64,000 nucleotides of DNA from Candidatus Omnitrophota bacterium (GTDB lineage: Bacteria; Omnitrophota; Gorgyraeia; Tantalellales; Tantalellaceae). Position 1 is the first letter of the stretch. Each line of letters opens with the position of its first letter. The notes below the pieces were generated by a model. It made no database searches, was not told the DNA's origin, and saw only the letters and a program-made list of their open reading frames with translations. The position numbers were made by a program, and so were the translations under genes. The stretch is taken from positions 52,738 through 116,737 of the forward strand of contig WJMH01000006.1 in the NCBI GenBank assembly GCA_014728045.1. Direction: 5' to 3'. Shown here in pieces: positions 30,301 through 35,785 of this stretch.

Positions 30301-30331
30301 GCACTTTCTGTCTGGTCCTCTCCAAAAACAT
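15371..30331 (-). CDS. Giant 4986-aa multidomain membrane/secreted protein (P-loop kinase, 3 wHTH-like domains, YD-like repeats, GH5, FN3, 2 HATPase, 2 SAM-methyltransferase domains)
   Basis: Uninterrupted 15-kb ORF with AAGGG RBS. Signal peptide RVVAVITLICFISFDFAWA. Motifs seen: GDPGTGKT, GANLPW..YG.D.G, WDIINEP, DNGKG, DNGSG, DLGSG and ELKPGA. Confidence 0.93.
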   Translation of the reverse strand: MFLERTRQKVLFRVVAVITLICFISFDFAWAYPQGASAETTLAQQTLLTSDDIPDSVARATAKYLEVALLKDLRKMPLAGVQQMLKRLREISQENLQDTVIRVEGSARKGQLFFCLSNGCVLRFFNPRMEGLLLPEGMEKASWEKPLNEYLSCQLLKPASSTAETSSAKTKNARFERNIETSSTDPIVERVRSALNGDRKIMVLIDGDPGTGKTSVVSQAILEMVPSSIVISLDKYIAPDRSLEVQRLYGDLIGAHHTYKVIVFEGVNLQHSLGQLKYVFSLGIGEGFIYDELGRYPISVKTRTKDETERQRFLRASSRDDDYYAERLSVRQRIDLVRGYDFIFTRKPEDGATSEDEEDPSDHLAPAVIPPYLFADVSVWTLIPVVALTLLAVVNIRLLVRIYLAKRHISEYLSEKDPSAKNQLMDKWGIRPKHGRMQISVARGVRVFACKRPNTSFDTETLYVGGRMRFWYYPVKLIFYIKSKLSRRSMIKKFALMLEREELISNINMQDFFARIEAAGINPDHLASFRESLSKACFEICRLRESGYSFIKISEEKALSVLKVGPAQKRLGEVLVNKSPDDIFDLYRTLISLIGIANKFEPEPADIEELYLFLVAIRDFSQEDSTREAARIQNENKPFWERVLDEKVCSAEIETPLPVQGKEGAQKRLLEPEIVRPGEEASAVTDRDEADQRNSVLRVFDAVMSDEILSTNPFTSTEFKQSRQGEFAMGTVVYMLEVLGNLGVLCVSKDGDKQRLYHLDERFHSMPLEKVELVRSLLYNMGDEYSETTLANARAYLNQIYWGSGRRGPDPRNYAFGAIPVFGMEAGLLSAFACGLAALYSFLNLYACFRIARARSFLRKYLMETDPVKTQLMEKTGKFNVYTRGGIHFIYAGKGIVVEGLRNASGKVITNTVIYTGWARVLYFPIIVARTLVAVLQFLFVQIPENNFQLMRIILKGRKEWKEFMALSQEDPRWARLRYNIFRDSRGLYRQVLPGIRIYGQKGIGGRVKTDVRIRDLSMAFYYFPTGLFIWLSQISSAKLRRIIDALVEKWRRISGFLEKLSVFRQKKSRAKKLRQLSAKNRLFNTRGMEFFLEATRGYAFHDKLVEKLARTCLKIDEMFEEGFNFAITDVNGQLPWKMIKIEEGLTAKEALSSGNNAALGKVAGYLHRKLSKLDLDRPDPDIMWEVYHIAIMISDLATKKDDGQFARTLRINRIFKALLSVLIVLMFPVLVYAAPNLSYTYYSVSGRIETETYVDDWDGDTPGDTSDDVPAGTVDHRIDEAFYDNGTAGDTSDDYGRLDRRTDPDGSYQIYEYYAGTDDIHFIRGYDSGGDPVFVYETISPTFAIKTFTNGAGASYRIDSGETYINSERDTDGTIRTYEYDLSWNMTEMMVYHPDGRQERHDYSQGIIEEIIPGWKFYRGANLPWMKYGYDIGDGVHGETHEGLSTKREQLLQQLDRFRGCTVRVFIYCDIRSGITFDAGGSPTGLTTHVYEDMDALVEAAQVLGIRLVPVLFDYMIADNVSMEGANPVGEYPDLITDSAKRTALVNALRPFINRYAGRPEILMWDIINEPIEITTSTTISVLQVQTFITDLIQMINSEAPGTWTTIGAQNRQILLDNWTDLGQDIDQSHYYDYMAPWYPLTDGILTWGSSLNSFGFFFGELEPTSVPAKYGDIYASGVDGGGLFWQDDTTYSITDIQADDIRHWYESVIQRPFPPKVVSVTDSNGGRTFTVTWQPYTGVLSGSVTGYTVSIGGETFFAPGAGTTSLVVDLPDHIYSGTYELSVRTEMPEPQRDSDYCSPVSIYAGRSPTESRSGGSCSVAQGKLPPSSIFGTLLPYMVLVLALLMLRQNTSRKKRKQDKEGSSDGPPELPGRIANKVGVVSTGKGNLLAGFLTITSDADLAGNTFTRREFQARRKKKDGTLFSYTTISTELEGLTALGILGCARSRKPYKYKLDRRLSRAPPAVIEMVKKTLLSLKARPSQNVLRKKKKEVRDALALTDLNLKKTYYVSASDDDAFSRFVHEVEKDLARFALELPAGYKLSFAVREIIMNSWEAVRKKAQKLSAEERSGYEGWIRLEAEARSDSLQIIVTDNGKGMDKWPSYCLSLPWGKDITTDLPWSSKESGGGSGISLVRSIMSRSGGFVSWNRGDEGGTRVFMSLPLNLIDYSVTSGADGLSAKGSILNGYKTIIKNEFLRQKTFMNRQFQAAREKEGDPSSYTTVKSELDGLVALGILNEKRPERPFEPIEYTLSERYRRPGDDLEAVLKLLDLLPPRPSEDELRWIRSKLDEQVFAEGEALTYYYLRALPQMNYRLIRLAAERATVEKELAKDPDNNQKRNQLDECLKKIRILRAEITLEGELISGPDYPLSRTRGRDYRSEARDRMRRAVILIESRNEPAASALLRAAKQRFAEELLALSKTRIKLRGPRVWRDVEDKMHNILRGQYLTRGISSDREVLIKEWVPHKSDIIWQGIRSCDREIDNILRERDWVLGVGKRLKGHISLLRRLKKDLPAVRSGEVLPQPEITDEEKSSMKELFSEIKRAYKSALVEEKVIVRTAIEAAMELLQIGEYRGMLEEMEAARSLLRKRYYSLNRQVERIGTGRLSALREYVRGRNSRIIWKLDRIREFFDSGNRQKARDWMLGMTRQKDIQDEPEFHRMLPVLWQAINNIFKDSRGNTVRRNIGIMKERVRLMVLLDSFMDGLREKYVDARMKGDRQACYDRIFTEDFNRYLEFARKNNIGRGSPRLIWVVLYLAAYVSMNMPDPDKPSKKTENPMFTAMLDLVRMLEVDSISDLAAAFQKRKNKYSRVYAILQEYERSGLSRLDTLSPLEFRRLVEALSDDAGLSEKQREEISKPASISENTVFLTDTARLHIDWRSMWKEHLDTVAAGKVYPSMTEEYRQLIACSLDPARWPALFEEDWEEDFVKEIAALTSDQLAEKFASYYNPENRSRKDLRQVTAYTGAKATISDIYVNILPGLELPNLRKSAKERVWMIREWIYRHWESVPKESSYDVAARSDRGKDLSRRISQERAVRYIEEYYDPVSRGKHSKDAETAKISGQLSAGYLKTLSEWLLDGRKKVLAVNTRDGKAAAVFSRYAPEVAVVEEKRTSYTGVNESMLDLSEVIDNGCLTVNYGSMTDMKISGYDLVYVSWSDLEPDHEKETIKRIRQKLLHELKPGAYFVMTGFEKSLDLPGFKKIEPAFDAPSGQSVQVFTRPIDVTDEGAEETVVEKEPGQDRVQQVTNIRSFKRLMHMLGMIRRKKHLPLERDVVEAWIRYLDSRGLVEKRLEEGTWIVAIKDEAADYIDSEALDEKLALSIMRVAKALRRWVFTSEGGINAVNFRASDGKWMIVGFKSGLTGDVIEHELKETELRREQPSISWVQAHNQAVEETGIGEKLDAQSEESSADSDIGSLFGMRWPKRARKAPGYLEVMDEHGKIDTQIERLSDKKKVHLKDIETSQERNVIEGVVNYLKKEVTRLRTEEIEFLDLLHKISPDLTEKKNAMESIDEKIKYLLQAGVGSYDTSYSATRTTMFSGEEAYKYLWNFLNSERTDRPDGAELDAFIESVCKMQKCLEELKVHAKTNTLNAYELALMKNISEMMNWLFGALEGGQNSGAVMLSATAFENQMKRATDMLYGYIERDDAIGCARFLDSDQVVKVRTIQRVLDKVAAEVGLNDIIFKQGNAKMLMSLWNDYVSSFKRLRDRAIRKLRLEYENEQEEYEKLTGKRDSYDAGKSKAVNRRIFINGILSNFRRMSEDEAYLKGKKGIFVCDTGGDCFVTGQDSHIEVDAGNIYITRKSFEDLLAVDPVEFSALAARFIRLYGERDLLLENSVERCNLVTGYLHNKLRALRVELGEAGEDKTRIEEVTSRMSELSKEILQLEKEENSITSQDDPAKILSWLLEKLADTREWVRNIRYMDWNDRYVEFTPNMRLLKEILRGRKRMLEIEIEIVKAVSFPSGKRSQIISSLEGELESTEKALEEEAAVVEHIHDINLGSVRHQAGKHGSAFFALPAPYITGAGVVGIVLTAVVTTMVLHEVLRQLWIRSRVRGFAERYPGLDGICQRIFTRSIVPAFMVNGICYVLGADPYRVTLKDVLDGPGGNITADEEVALIDNYYRTGEKNKTIITSKATANGAIFISSRTADLALIARTFLDSEKTALDLGSGSAKGVAVFSRYAGRAKGIEQDARLHEQAVECLKTLSANMDMTNAEVAKGNFFREDFSSHDLIYIFWPLYKRKFEERIRQKLEEKLLRELKPGAVFVMNNPLPGVCFSRLERVVDTRFDKTHITVYRRPAGIERLSEDEEDAREQGFVDIKSAVDSEDLRSTRQAVEKANERGEIKAITLNGQSIKDAEHLNSQAEEMADFRKNTMEWLKNMGLSEKDAYDAGLVLGELMYNIVNHSKEEIAEYEDDVFGVVACRARRAGSKIQIDIFAKDNGSGCDLARLMHNIKLVKSEGLTKRSGRGIFFTAMVLDGAAGERLLMRSLGKELLFTGSMDEEGVPEGKVSYRSGTGNGTYVTMQLNRLLEGKTGKEDREKADRAEPEEKAVTDIEKIKERFLKTYHQARKISWTYHGHRVRGVIEYDECFEELVIRPEEDYFGENPALEVLEKPASQMFIAPEGSFGIVKVEFRMIHGKPAMVFDEIQASRGYRLLLNSALRKRYRKWIETALRSMVNTARGLGIEQVYASGKDRIDRRYQRMNISIRDVNLWEHYEFPFSDKGWRSVVLPAGSCLGEIYQEDKEAFSLWQLDEDEYEYIAPQGPVYEQAEQVDVMERISRAVPELVNALSTAGHDRKVVIVVDREIGPEPARDQLRKMMDSLRHMGLGDDLLSEFLSNVIIRHGPAGVLSSSLESLVERGELEKENIIIITSEKNRQEYFSGFEGISTITGIDDSQLTQEYYYPLVEIMLFTVARALRYDKDELIRCYRNISNGQQLDDEAIWSVCWDEEAGSYRTTAVIRLIPGAVKLPGDRALYKQIRRYIASRA

Positions 30332-30402
30332 ACTTTCCCTTATTTTAAAATATTACGGTTTCTCTGGGTATTTCTTCTCTTAACTTTAAGTAGGTTTATA
30401 TT

Positions 30403-30431
30403 AATATAACAAATTTAAAGGCCTGTGTCAA
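30403..30431 (-). promoter_or_regulatory. Sigma70 promoter for the 4986-aa giant gene
   Basis: Minus strand TTGACA(30431-30426)-N17-TATATT(30408-30403) with a TGn extension. Confidence 0.65.
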
Positions 30432-30486
30432 TCAGCATATCTGGCTTTTTTATATCCTAATGCGTTTATTTAACTTCTTTTAATTA

Positions 30487-30515
30487 TTGACTTTATGTTT
30501 TAGCTGATATACACT
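30487..30515 (+). promoter_or_regulatory. Sigma70 promoter for the GGDEF gene (probably leaderless)
   Basis: TTGACT-N17-TACACT ending 6 nt before ATG 30522; no SD sequence. Confidence 0.55.
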
Positions 30516-30521
30516 TTTAGT

Positions 30522-31730
30522 ATGAAAAATACCGGAAAATTACAAACTGACCGTATGGAAAGAACCGATCTTGAAAAGCTCTTCAGGCAGACCAAGAACG
30601 AGCTGGCCATGCTTAACGAGATCACGCATGCCATCATGCAGTCGCTTGAACTCGACCAGGTCCTCTACACTATTTTGACGGCCCTGACGACCCATGATGG
30701 TCTGGGATTCGACAGGGCCATGTTCTTTCTTGTTAACGAGGAGGCCAACACCCTTGAAGGAAAAATGGGCCTTGGCCCGCTTTCCATAGAAGAGGTGGAA
30801 AAAGGCTGGCATGAGATGTCCTCCTCAAAGTTCACCCTGCAGAACCTTTTCAATGCCTATCTTGAGTTCAAGACGGGCCCCGAATCAAAACTTAACGGTG
30901 CCGTTAAAAGCATTTCCATCCCCCTGAACGAAGAGTCCGGGATACTTTCGATGACCGTTCTTGAAGGTATGCCCTTTGAGATAACCACCGAGGAGGCGGG
31001 CTCTCTGGTCAACCCCCAGATCAAGGATCCTCTTAACCTGAAATATTTCGTGACCGTGCCCCTGAAAACAAAGAACCGCACCTTGGGAGCTATTGCCGTT
31101 GATAATATCTTCTCGGAGAATACTATCACCAAGGATAACATTAGGATACTCAATATGTTCGCGAACCACGCGGCACTGGCCATCGAAAATTCCAGGCTGT
31201 ACGAAAAGACCGTGCACCTTTCTAGGACAGACTGGCTCACGGGCCTCTGGAACACCCGTTACTTCAACGAGATGTTCGATAAGGCCCTTAATGACTCGAA
31301 AGACTCCGAATCGTGCCTGAGCCTTCTGATGATAGACATAGACAACTTTAAGGAATACAACGATACTCTGGGGCACCAGCAAGGGGATCAGGCCATTAAA
31401 AAAGTGGCTCATATCCTCGATTCCTCCTCACGCAAGAGTGATTTTGTGTGCAGATACGGAGGCGAGGAATTCTGCGTGATAATGTCAAATATAGATAAAC
31501 CTGAAGCGAAGATGATCGCCGAAAGGCTCCGAAGCAAGGTTGAGGACTCCTGCCGGGGCAACTGCTCCTCATCAGAACAACACAAGCTTACCATCAGCCT
31601 GGGTTTGGCCACTTTCCCCTATGATGGGTCGGACAAAGAGAAGCTTCTTGAAAATGCTGATATGGCATTGTATCACGCGAAGCAGAACGGGAAGAACATG
31701 ACCTGCCAGTATTCTCCCGGGATCAGATGA
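30522..31730 (+). CDS. GAF-GGDEF diguanylate cyclase
   Basis: N-terminal GAF-like region (VPLK.K...LGAI.VDN, A.HAALAIENSRLY). GGDEF domain with D.LTGL.N, DID.FK.YND..GH..GD, I-site RKSD and RYGGEEF. Confidence 0.95.
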   Translation: MKNTGKLQTDRMERTDLEKLFRQTKNELAMLNEITHAIMQSLELDQVLYTILTALTTHDGLGFDRAMFFLVNEEANTLEGKMGLGPLSIEEVEKGWHEMSSSKFTLQNLFNAYLEFKTGPESKLNGAVKSISIPLNEESGILSMTVLEGMPFEITTEEAGSLVNPQIKDPLNLKYFVTVPLKTKNRTLGAIAVDNIFSENTITKDNIRILNMFANHAALAIENSRLYEKTVHLSRTDWLTGLWNTRYFNEMFDKALNDSKDSESCLSLLMIDIDNFKEYNDTLGHQQGDQAIKKVAHILDSSSRKSDFVCRYGGEEFCVIMSNIDKPEAKMIAERLRSKVEDSCRGNCSSSEQHKLTISLGLATFPYDGSDKEKLLENADMALYHAKQNGKNMTCQYSPGIR

Positions 31731-31742
31731 TCCATATCCCAT

Positions 31743-31773
31743 AAAAAAAACAGGCCGGCACTAGACCGGCCTG
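31743..31773 (-). terminator. Rho-independent terminator after smc
   Basis: CAGGCCGG-N7-CCGGCCTG stem followed by T8 on the minus strand; lies between convergent genes. Confidence 0.8.
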
Positions 31774-31796
31774 CTGATTGAACATTTCCAGCGAGA

Positions 31797-34700
31797 CTAA
31801 GCGGCTACAGCCACCTCTTCCGCATCGGAATTTTCCTGCTCTTCACTGAACTTCACCGAAACTATCTTCGAAACGCCCTTCTCCTCCATGGTTATTCCGT
31901 AAAGAACATCAGCGAGCTGTATGGTCATCCGGTTATGAGTCACGATAATGAACTGTGACAGCTTCAGGAATTCCTGGAGCACCCGACAGAACCTGACGAT
32001 ATTCGACTCATCAAGGGGTGCGTCTATCTCATCGAGTATACAGAACGGGCTGGGATTGACCTTGAATATGGCGAATATGAGCGCTATAGCGGTCATCGCC
32101 TTCTCCCCGCCCGAAAGCTGCATTATGTTATGCAGTTTTTTCCCGGGAGGGCGCACCACGATATCGATTCCGCATTCGAGCACGTTCGATTCGTCTTCAA
32201 GTATAAGTTCGGCCTTACCGCCGTTGAAAAGCATCCTGAAATAATCATTGAACTCTTTTCGTATGCTCTCGAAGGACTCCATGAAAAGCTTCCGGGTGGT
32301 ACGGTTTATCTTGGTAATGGCCTGCAACAGCGCTTCTCTGCTGTTGGTAAGGTCCTCTCGCTGCTTTGTCAGGAACTGGAATCTTTCTTCAAGCTGCTTA
32401 TGCTCTTCTACGGCACCCAAGCTTACCTCACCCATCTTCTCAAGATGCTCCTTAAGCTCGGCTATACGGGATGAAAGCTCTTCCCAGTCCTCGTTACCGT
32501 CAAACTCTATGTCAAGTTCCCGTATATCGACCTTATAAGCCTCCATCATCCTTTCAACAACAGCGTTACGCTTATATTCAAGCTCTTTTTTCAAGATATC
32601 CTGATCCCGGGTCTTATCCCGCAGGACTTCAAGCTCCTTCTCTTTCTCCCTCAGGTTGTCTTCTGCAGAGCGGATATCTTGTGCGAGTTGTTCCTTTCGC
32701 TCTTTTTTGACCTCTATCTCTCTCTCCTTTGTCTCGACAAGGGCTTTGTGTTCTAGATTTTCCCCTTCCAGCCTGCGGATCTCTTCGTCAAGAGCCTTAA
32801 TGCGTTCACCGTTCTCGTTTATTCTCTTGCGCTTATCCTCGACATCCCGGACCATCCGCACGCAGGACTCTTCCTCCCTCTGAAGGTTCTCTGAAAGGTT
32901 CTCTTCATCTCTTACCAGCCCTGAAAGTTCTATCTTTATATCTGAAATAAGGTAAAAGGTCTCCTCCTTGTAGCGGGTGCACTCTTGAAGCGCTTCTTGC
33001 GAACTGTCTATCGCCTGCTGCAGGCGGGAGGCCTCCGCTTCAAGCTCATTGAGCACGTGATCATGACCATCGCTCTCCTCTTTGAGCTGTTTCAGAACCG
33101 CCTGTTCTTCCTCTATATCCGAATCCAGCAGGAGAAGCTCTTCGCTCAGAGTGTTGAACTTTTCCTTTACAGCGACCTTTCTTGAGGCTATATTGGCGGA
33201 TTCGACCTCCTTGTTCCGCAGTTCGGATTCAAGCGCTTCCTTTTTTACGGAAGCTTCCTTGAACCAGTCTTCCAGGCCGGATATCTTTATATCCATCTGT
33301 TCGATATTCCGGGTAATCTCGTTCTCCTCCTCTATCATCTGGTTGACCTTCTCCTGGCGTCCGAAGAGCGGGACCAGGTCCTTCCCAGAGTAATTCCTGC
33401 TGCGCCTCATGCCCTTCTGGAGGAGTTCGCCTTTTTCGCCTATTATACGGCCGTCAAAATCCCGGTTATTGTCAATGAAAGACCGGGCAGCTTCGGAAGA
33501 AACGGCAACATACGACCTGTTGAAAAGAGCGACAAGGGCTTCACCGTATTCTTCTCCGGAAATAATTATCTCTTTGAGGTTTTTAAGCACGCCTTGAGCC
33601 TGGGATATATCCATTCTCGGCCCGCTAGAAAAGGAACGAAGCTCATCGAGAATGATGACAACCACGCTCTCCATCGAGTTATCCGACAGGTATTGCCAGA
33701 TCCTTTCCGCCGCATGGCGGTCTTCCGCCACTATAGCGTGCGCCGCTTCAGCAAAGAGCGCTTCCAGCGACTCCTCGTAATCTTCTTTGACGTCGATAAG
33801 CTCGGAAAGTATCCCGTGAACCCCCTGAAACCGGGCATCACCCGCTTCGACGTGTTTCATTATCTCCTTAACGCTTTCCTTCACTCCCTCGCGTTCGGAG
33901 ATCAGCTTTTCAAGGAACTGGCGGCGCGGTTTGATCTCGTTAACTCGCTTCTGTTTCTCCTGCCTCTGCTCGTTAAGCATCGAAAGCTTCTGCTGATTCG
34001 ATACATACTCCTCGTTAAAAGCGTCGAACTGCCTCCTCTTGTCCTCCAGCTCCTTCAAGGCGGCTTCAGACTGCTCTTCGACTCTGGTCAACTCTTCGCT
34101 TACCCTGCCCCGTTCCGTTTCAACATTAGCCCTTTCCATCTGGAGCCTCTTCTGCCTGGAAAGCGCGTTCTGGATATCCGCGTTTATCTTGATAAGAGCG
34201 TTCTTGATCTTGGTCTGCTCGGTCACCACATCGACGGTCTTCTCCCTGCCGAGCTTGAGTTCATTGCGGTAATGCTCGAGTTTTTCGGTAAGCTCCCTGA
34301 CATTCTCTTCCGCCGAAGCCAGTTCGTCCTGTTTGCTCTTTCGCCTCTGGCTCACTTCGGAGAACTTGACCTGAAGCCCCTCAAGGCGGCTGTTCAAGCT
34401 GTCTTTTCTTTCCGTAGCTTCCTCTATCTCCCAGTCGAGACGCTCAACGTATTTCTGAAACTCCTGTATCCTTTCCCTGTCAACCTCTATGACATGCGAG
34501 TTCTTGTCGAGATCCGAGGACAGCTGCATAACTTCACCTTGTGATCTCTGAAGCTCATCAGCGGTTATATTGAATTCCTCCTTGAGCGTCTCAAGACTCT
34601 TCGAAGTCTGCTCAAGCTCTTCGGCCAGGCTCTCTCTTACCTGTTGTACCTGATCATGTTCAGTATCCAGCGAGCTGTCGTCGCTGCTGAGGTCACGGAA

Positions 34701-35399
34701 CTTCTTGCAGTTGATCTTGATATCCAGGCTTTTCAGTTCATCGAACCTGGACTTGTACCTTTCGGCTTTCCTCGCTTTTCTTTCTATGGAATTGATCTGT
34801 CGCTCCACTTCCCGGATGATGTCGTTTATCCTGGTCAGATTTTCCTGAGTGCGTTCCAGCTTCAGCATGGCTTCACGTTTTTTCGCCTTGTACCGGGTGA
34901 TCCCGCTGGCTTCTTCGAATATGTACCTGCGGTCCTCCGGCTTGGAACTCAGGACCATGTCCATTTTTCCCTGCTCCACGATAGAATATGAGCTTGTGCC
35001 TATTCCGGTCCCCATAAGAAGGTTTCGGATGTCGGTAAGCCTAACCGGGGTTTTGTTCAGGAGGTATTCGCTCTCACCTGACCTGAAAAGACGCCGGCTG
35101 ATTATGACTTCGTCGTAATCTACCGGCAGGGAACGGTCCTCGTTGGAAAGGGTTAGCGACACCTCCGCCAGGTTCACTGGTTCCTGCTTTTCGGTACCGT
35201 TGAAGATAACATCCTGCATGGAGGAGGATCTCATGGATTTTGTGGATTGTTCTCCCAGCACCCATTTTATCGCATCGACTATGTTACTTTTCCCGCACCC
35301 ATTGGGTCCCACGACAGCCGTAACCCCGGGTTCAAACTTCAGCTTGGTCTTGTTAAGGAACGACTTAAACCCTACGATCTCAAGTTTTTTAAGATGCAT
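31797..35399 (-). CDS. smc: Chromosome segregation protein SMC
   Basis: GFKSF, GPNGCGKSNIVDA, coiled coils, hinge (GVHGILSELI), LSGGEK and LDEIDAPLD motifs. Confidence 0.98.
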   Translation of the reverse strand: MHLKKLEIVGFKSFLNKTKLKFEPGVTAVVGPNGCGKSNIVDAIKWVLGEQSTKSMRSSSMQDVIFNGTEKQEPVNLAEVSLTLSNEDRSLPVDYDEVIISRRLFRSGESEYLLNKTPVRLTDIRNLLMGTGIGTSSYSIVEQGKMDMVLSSKPEDRRYIFEEASGITRYKAKKREAMLKLERTQENLTRINDIIREVERQINSIERKARKAERYKSRFDELKSLDIKINCKKFRDLSSDDSSLDTEHDQVQQVRESLAEELEQTSKSLETLKEEFNITADELQRSQGEVMQLSSDLDKNSHVIEVDRERIQEFQKYVERLDWEIEEATERKDSLNSRLEGLQVKFSEVSQRRKSKQDELASAEENVRELTEKLEHYRNELKLGREKTVDVVTEQTKIKNALIKINADIQNALSRQKRLQMERANVETERGRVSEELTRVEEQSEAALKELEDKRRQFDAFNEEYVSNQQKLSMLNEQRQEKQKRVNEIKPRRQFLEKLISEREGVKESVKEIMKHVEAGDARFQGVHGILSELIDVKEDYEESLEALFAEAAHAIVAEDRHAAERIWQYLSDNSMESVVVIILDELRSFSSGPRMDISQAQGVLKNLKEIIISGEEYGEALVALFNRSYVAVSSEAARSFIDNNRDFDGRIIGEKGELLQKGMRRSRNYSGKDLVPLFGRQEKVNQMIEEENEITRNIEQMDIKISGLEDWFKEASVKKEALESELRNKEVESANIASRKVAVKEKFNTLSEELLLLDSDIEEEQAVLKQLKEESDGHDHVLNELEAEASRLQQAIDSSQEALQECTRYKEETFYLISDIKIELSGLVRDEENLSENLQREEESCVRMVRDVEDKRKRINENGERIKALDEEIRRLEGENLEHKALVETKEREIEVKKERKEQLAQDIRSAEDNLREKEKELEVLRDKTRDQDILKKELEYKRNAVVERMMEAYKVDIRELDIEFDGNEDWEELSSRIAELKEHLEKMGEVSLGAVEEHKQLEERFQFLTKQREDLTNSREALLQAITKINRTTRKLFMESFESIRKEFNDYFRMLFNGGKAELILEDESNVLECGIDIVVRPPGKKLHNIMQLSGGEKAMTAIALIFAIFKVNPSPFCILDEIDAPLDESNIVRFCRVLQEFLKLSQFIIVTHNRMTIQLADVLYGITMEEKGVSKIVSVKFSEEQENSDAEEVAVAA

Positions 35400-35408
35400 G
35401 TTACCTCC

Positions 35409-35615
35409 CTATAAGCCCTTGAAGGCCTTGCCTTCTATGATCTCTCTGAGCCTTGAAATGTCGTCTTCGGTATATTCTCTGTATCCATTTATCGGGTTCC
35501 TTCGCGGTGGCGGGAAAATCCCTTTTTTCTCATAATTTATGACCGTACCACGATACAAACCCAGTATATCAGCGACCTGTTGAACTGTATATTTCTTGTG
35601 GCCTTTTGCTATCAT
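35409..35615 (-). CDS. Small stand-alone MerR-type HTH protein (BldC/Xis-like), 68 aa
   Basis: YT..QVA..LG....T..NYEKKG.FP..R....GYR.YT..D pattern; AGAGG RBS; ends 9 nt before smc. Confidence 0.88.
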   Translation of the reverse strand: MIAKGHKKYTVQQVADILGLYRGTVINYEKKGIFPPPRRNPINGYREYTEDDISRLREIIEGKAFKGL

Positions 35616-35630
35616 ATATGCCTCTTGTAG

Positions 35631-35700
35631 TTTGAAGTAGTTTGTATATGTTTGTATACCTTTGAATAACTATGTTCAAGTATACTCAAGTATATTAAGG
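35631..35700. repeat. Degenerate direct repeats in exact 10-bp phase
   Basis: TTTGAAGTAG TTTGTATATG TTTGTATACC TTTGAATAAC TATGTTCAAG TATACTCAAG TATATTAAGG. Confidence 0.7.
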
Positions 35701-35707
35701 TTGTCAA
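35679..35707 (-). promoter_or_regulatory. Sigma70 promoter for the HTH-smc operon
   Basis: Minus strand TTGACA(35707-35702)-N17-TATACT(35684-35679), immediately after the etfA terminator. Confidence 0.8.
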
Positions 35708-35728
35708 GCCGGGAAGTTCAAAAAATAT

Positions 35729-35760
35729 AAAAAAAAGCCCGGTCTGTGAAAGACCGGGCT
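35729..35760 (-). terminator. Rho-independent terminator after etfA
   Basis: AGCCCGGTCT-N5-AGACCGGGCT perfect 10-bp stem plus a T tract on the minus strand. Confidence 0.88.
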
Positions 35761-35785
35761 CAAATAAATATTTGATGCTTTTTTG

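Noticed and set aside
35631-35700. CRISPR array or DnaA-box/iteron origin
   Set aside because: Units are 10 bp, degenerate and lack spacers; no TTATCCACA boxes, cas or rep genes.
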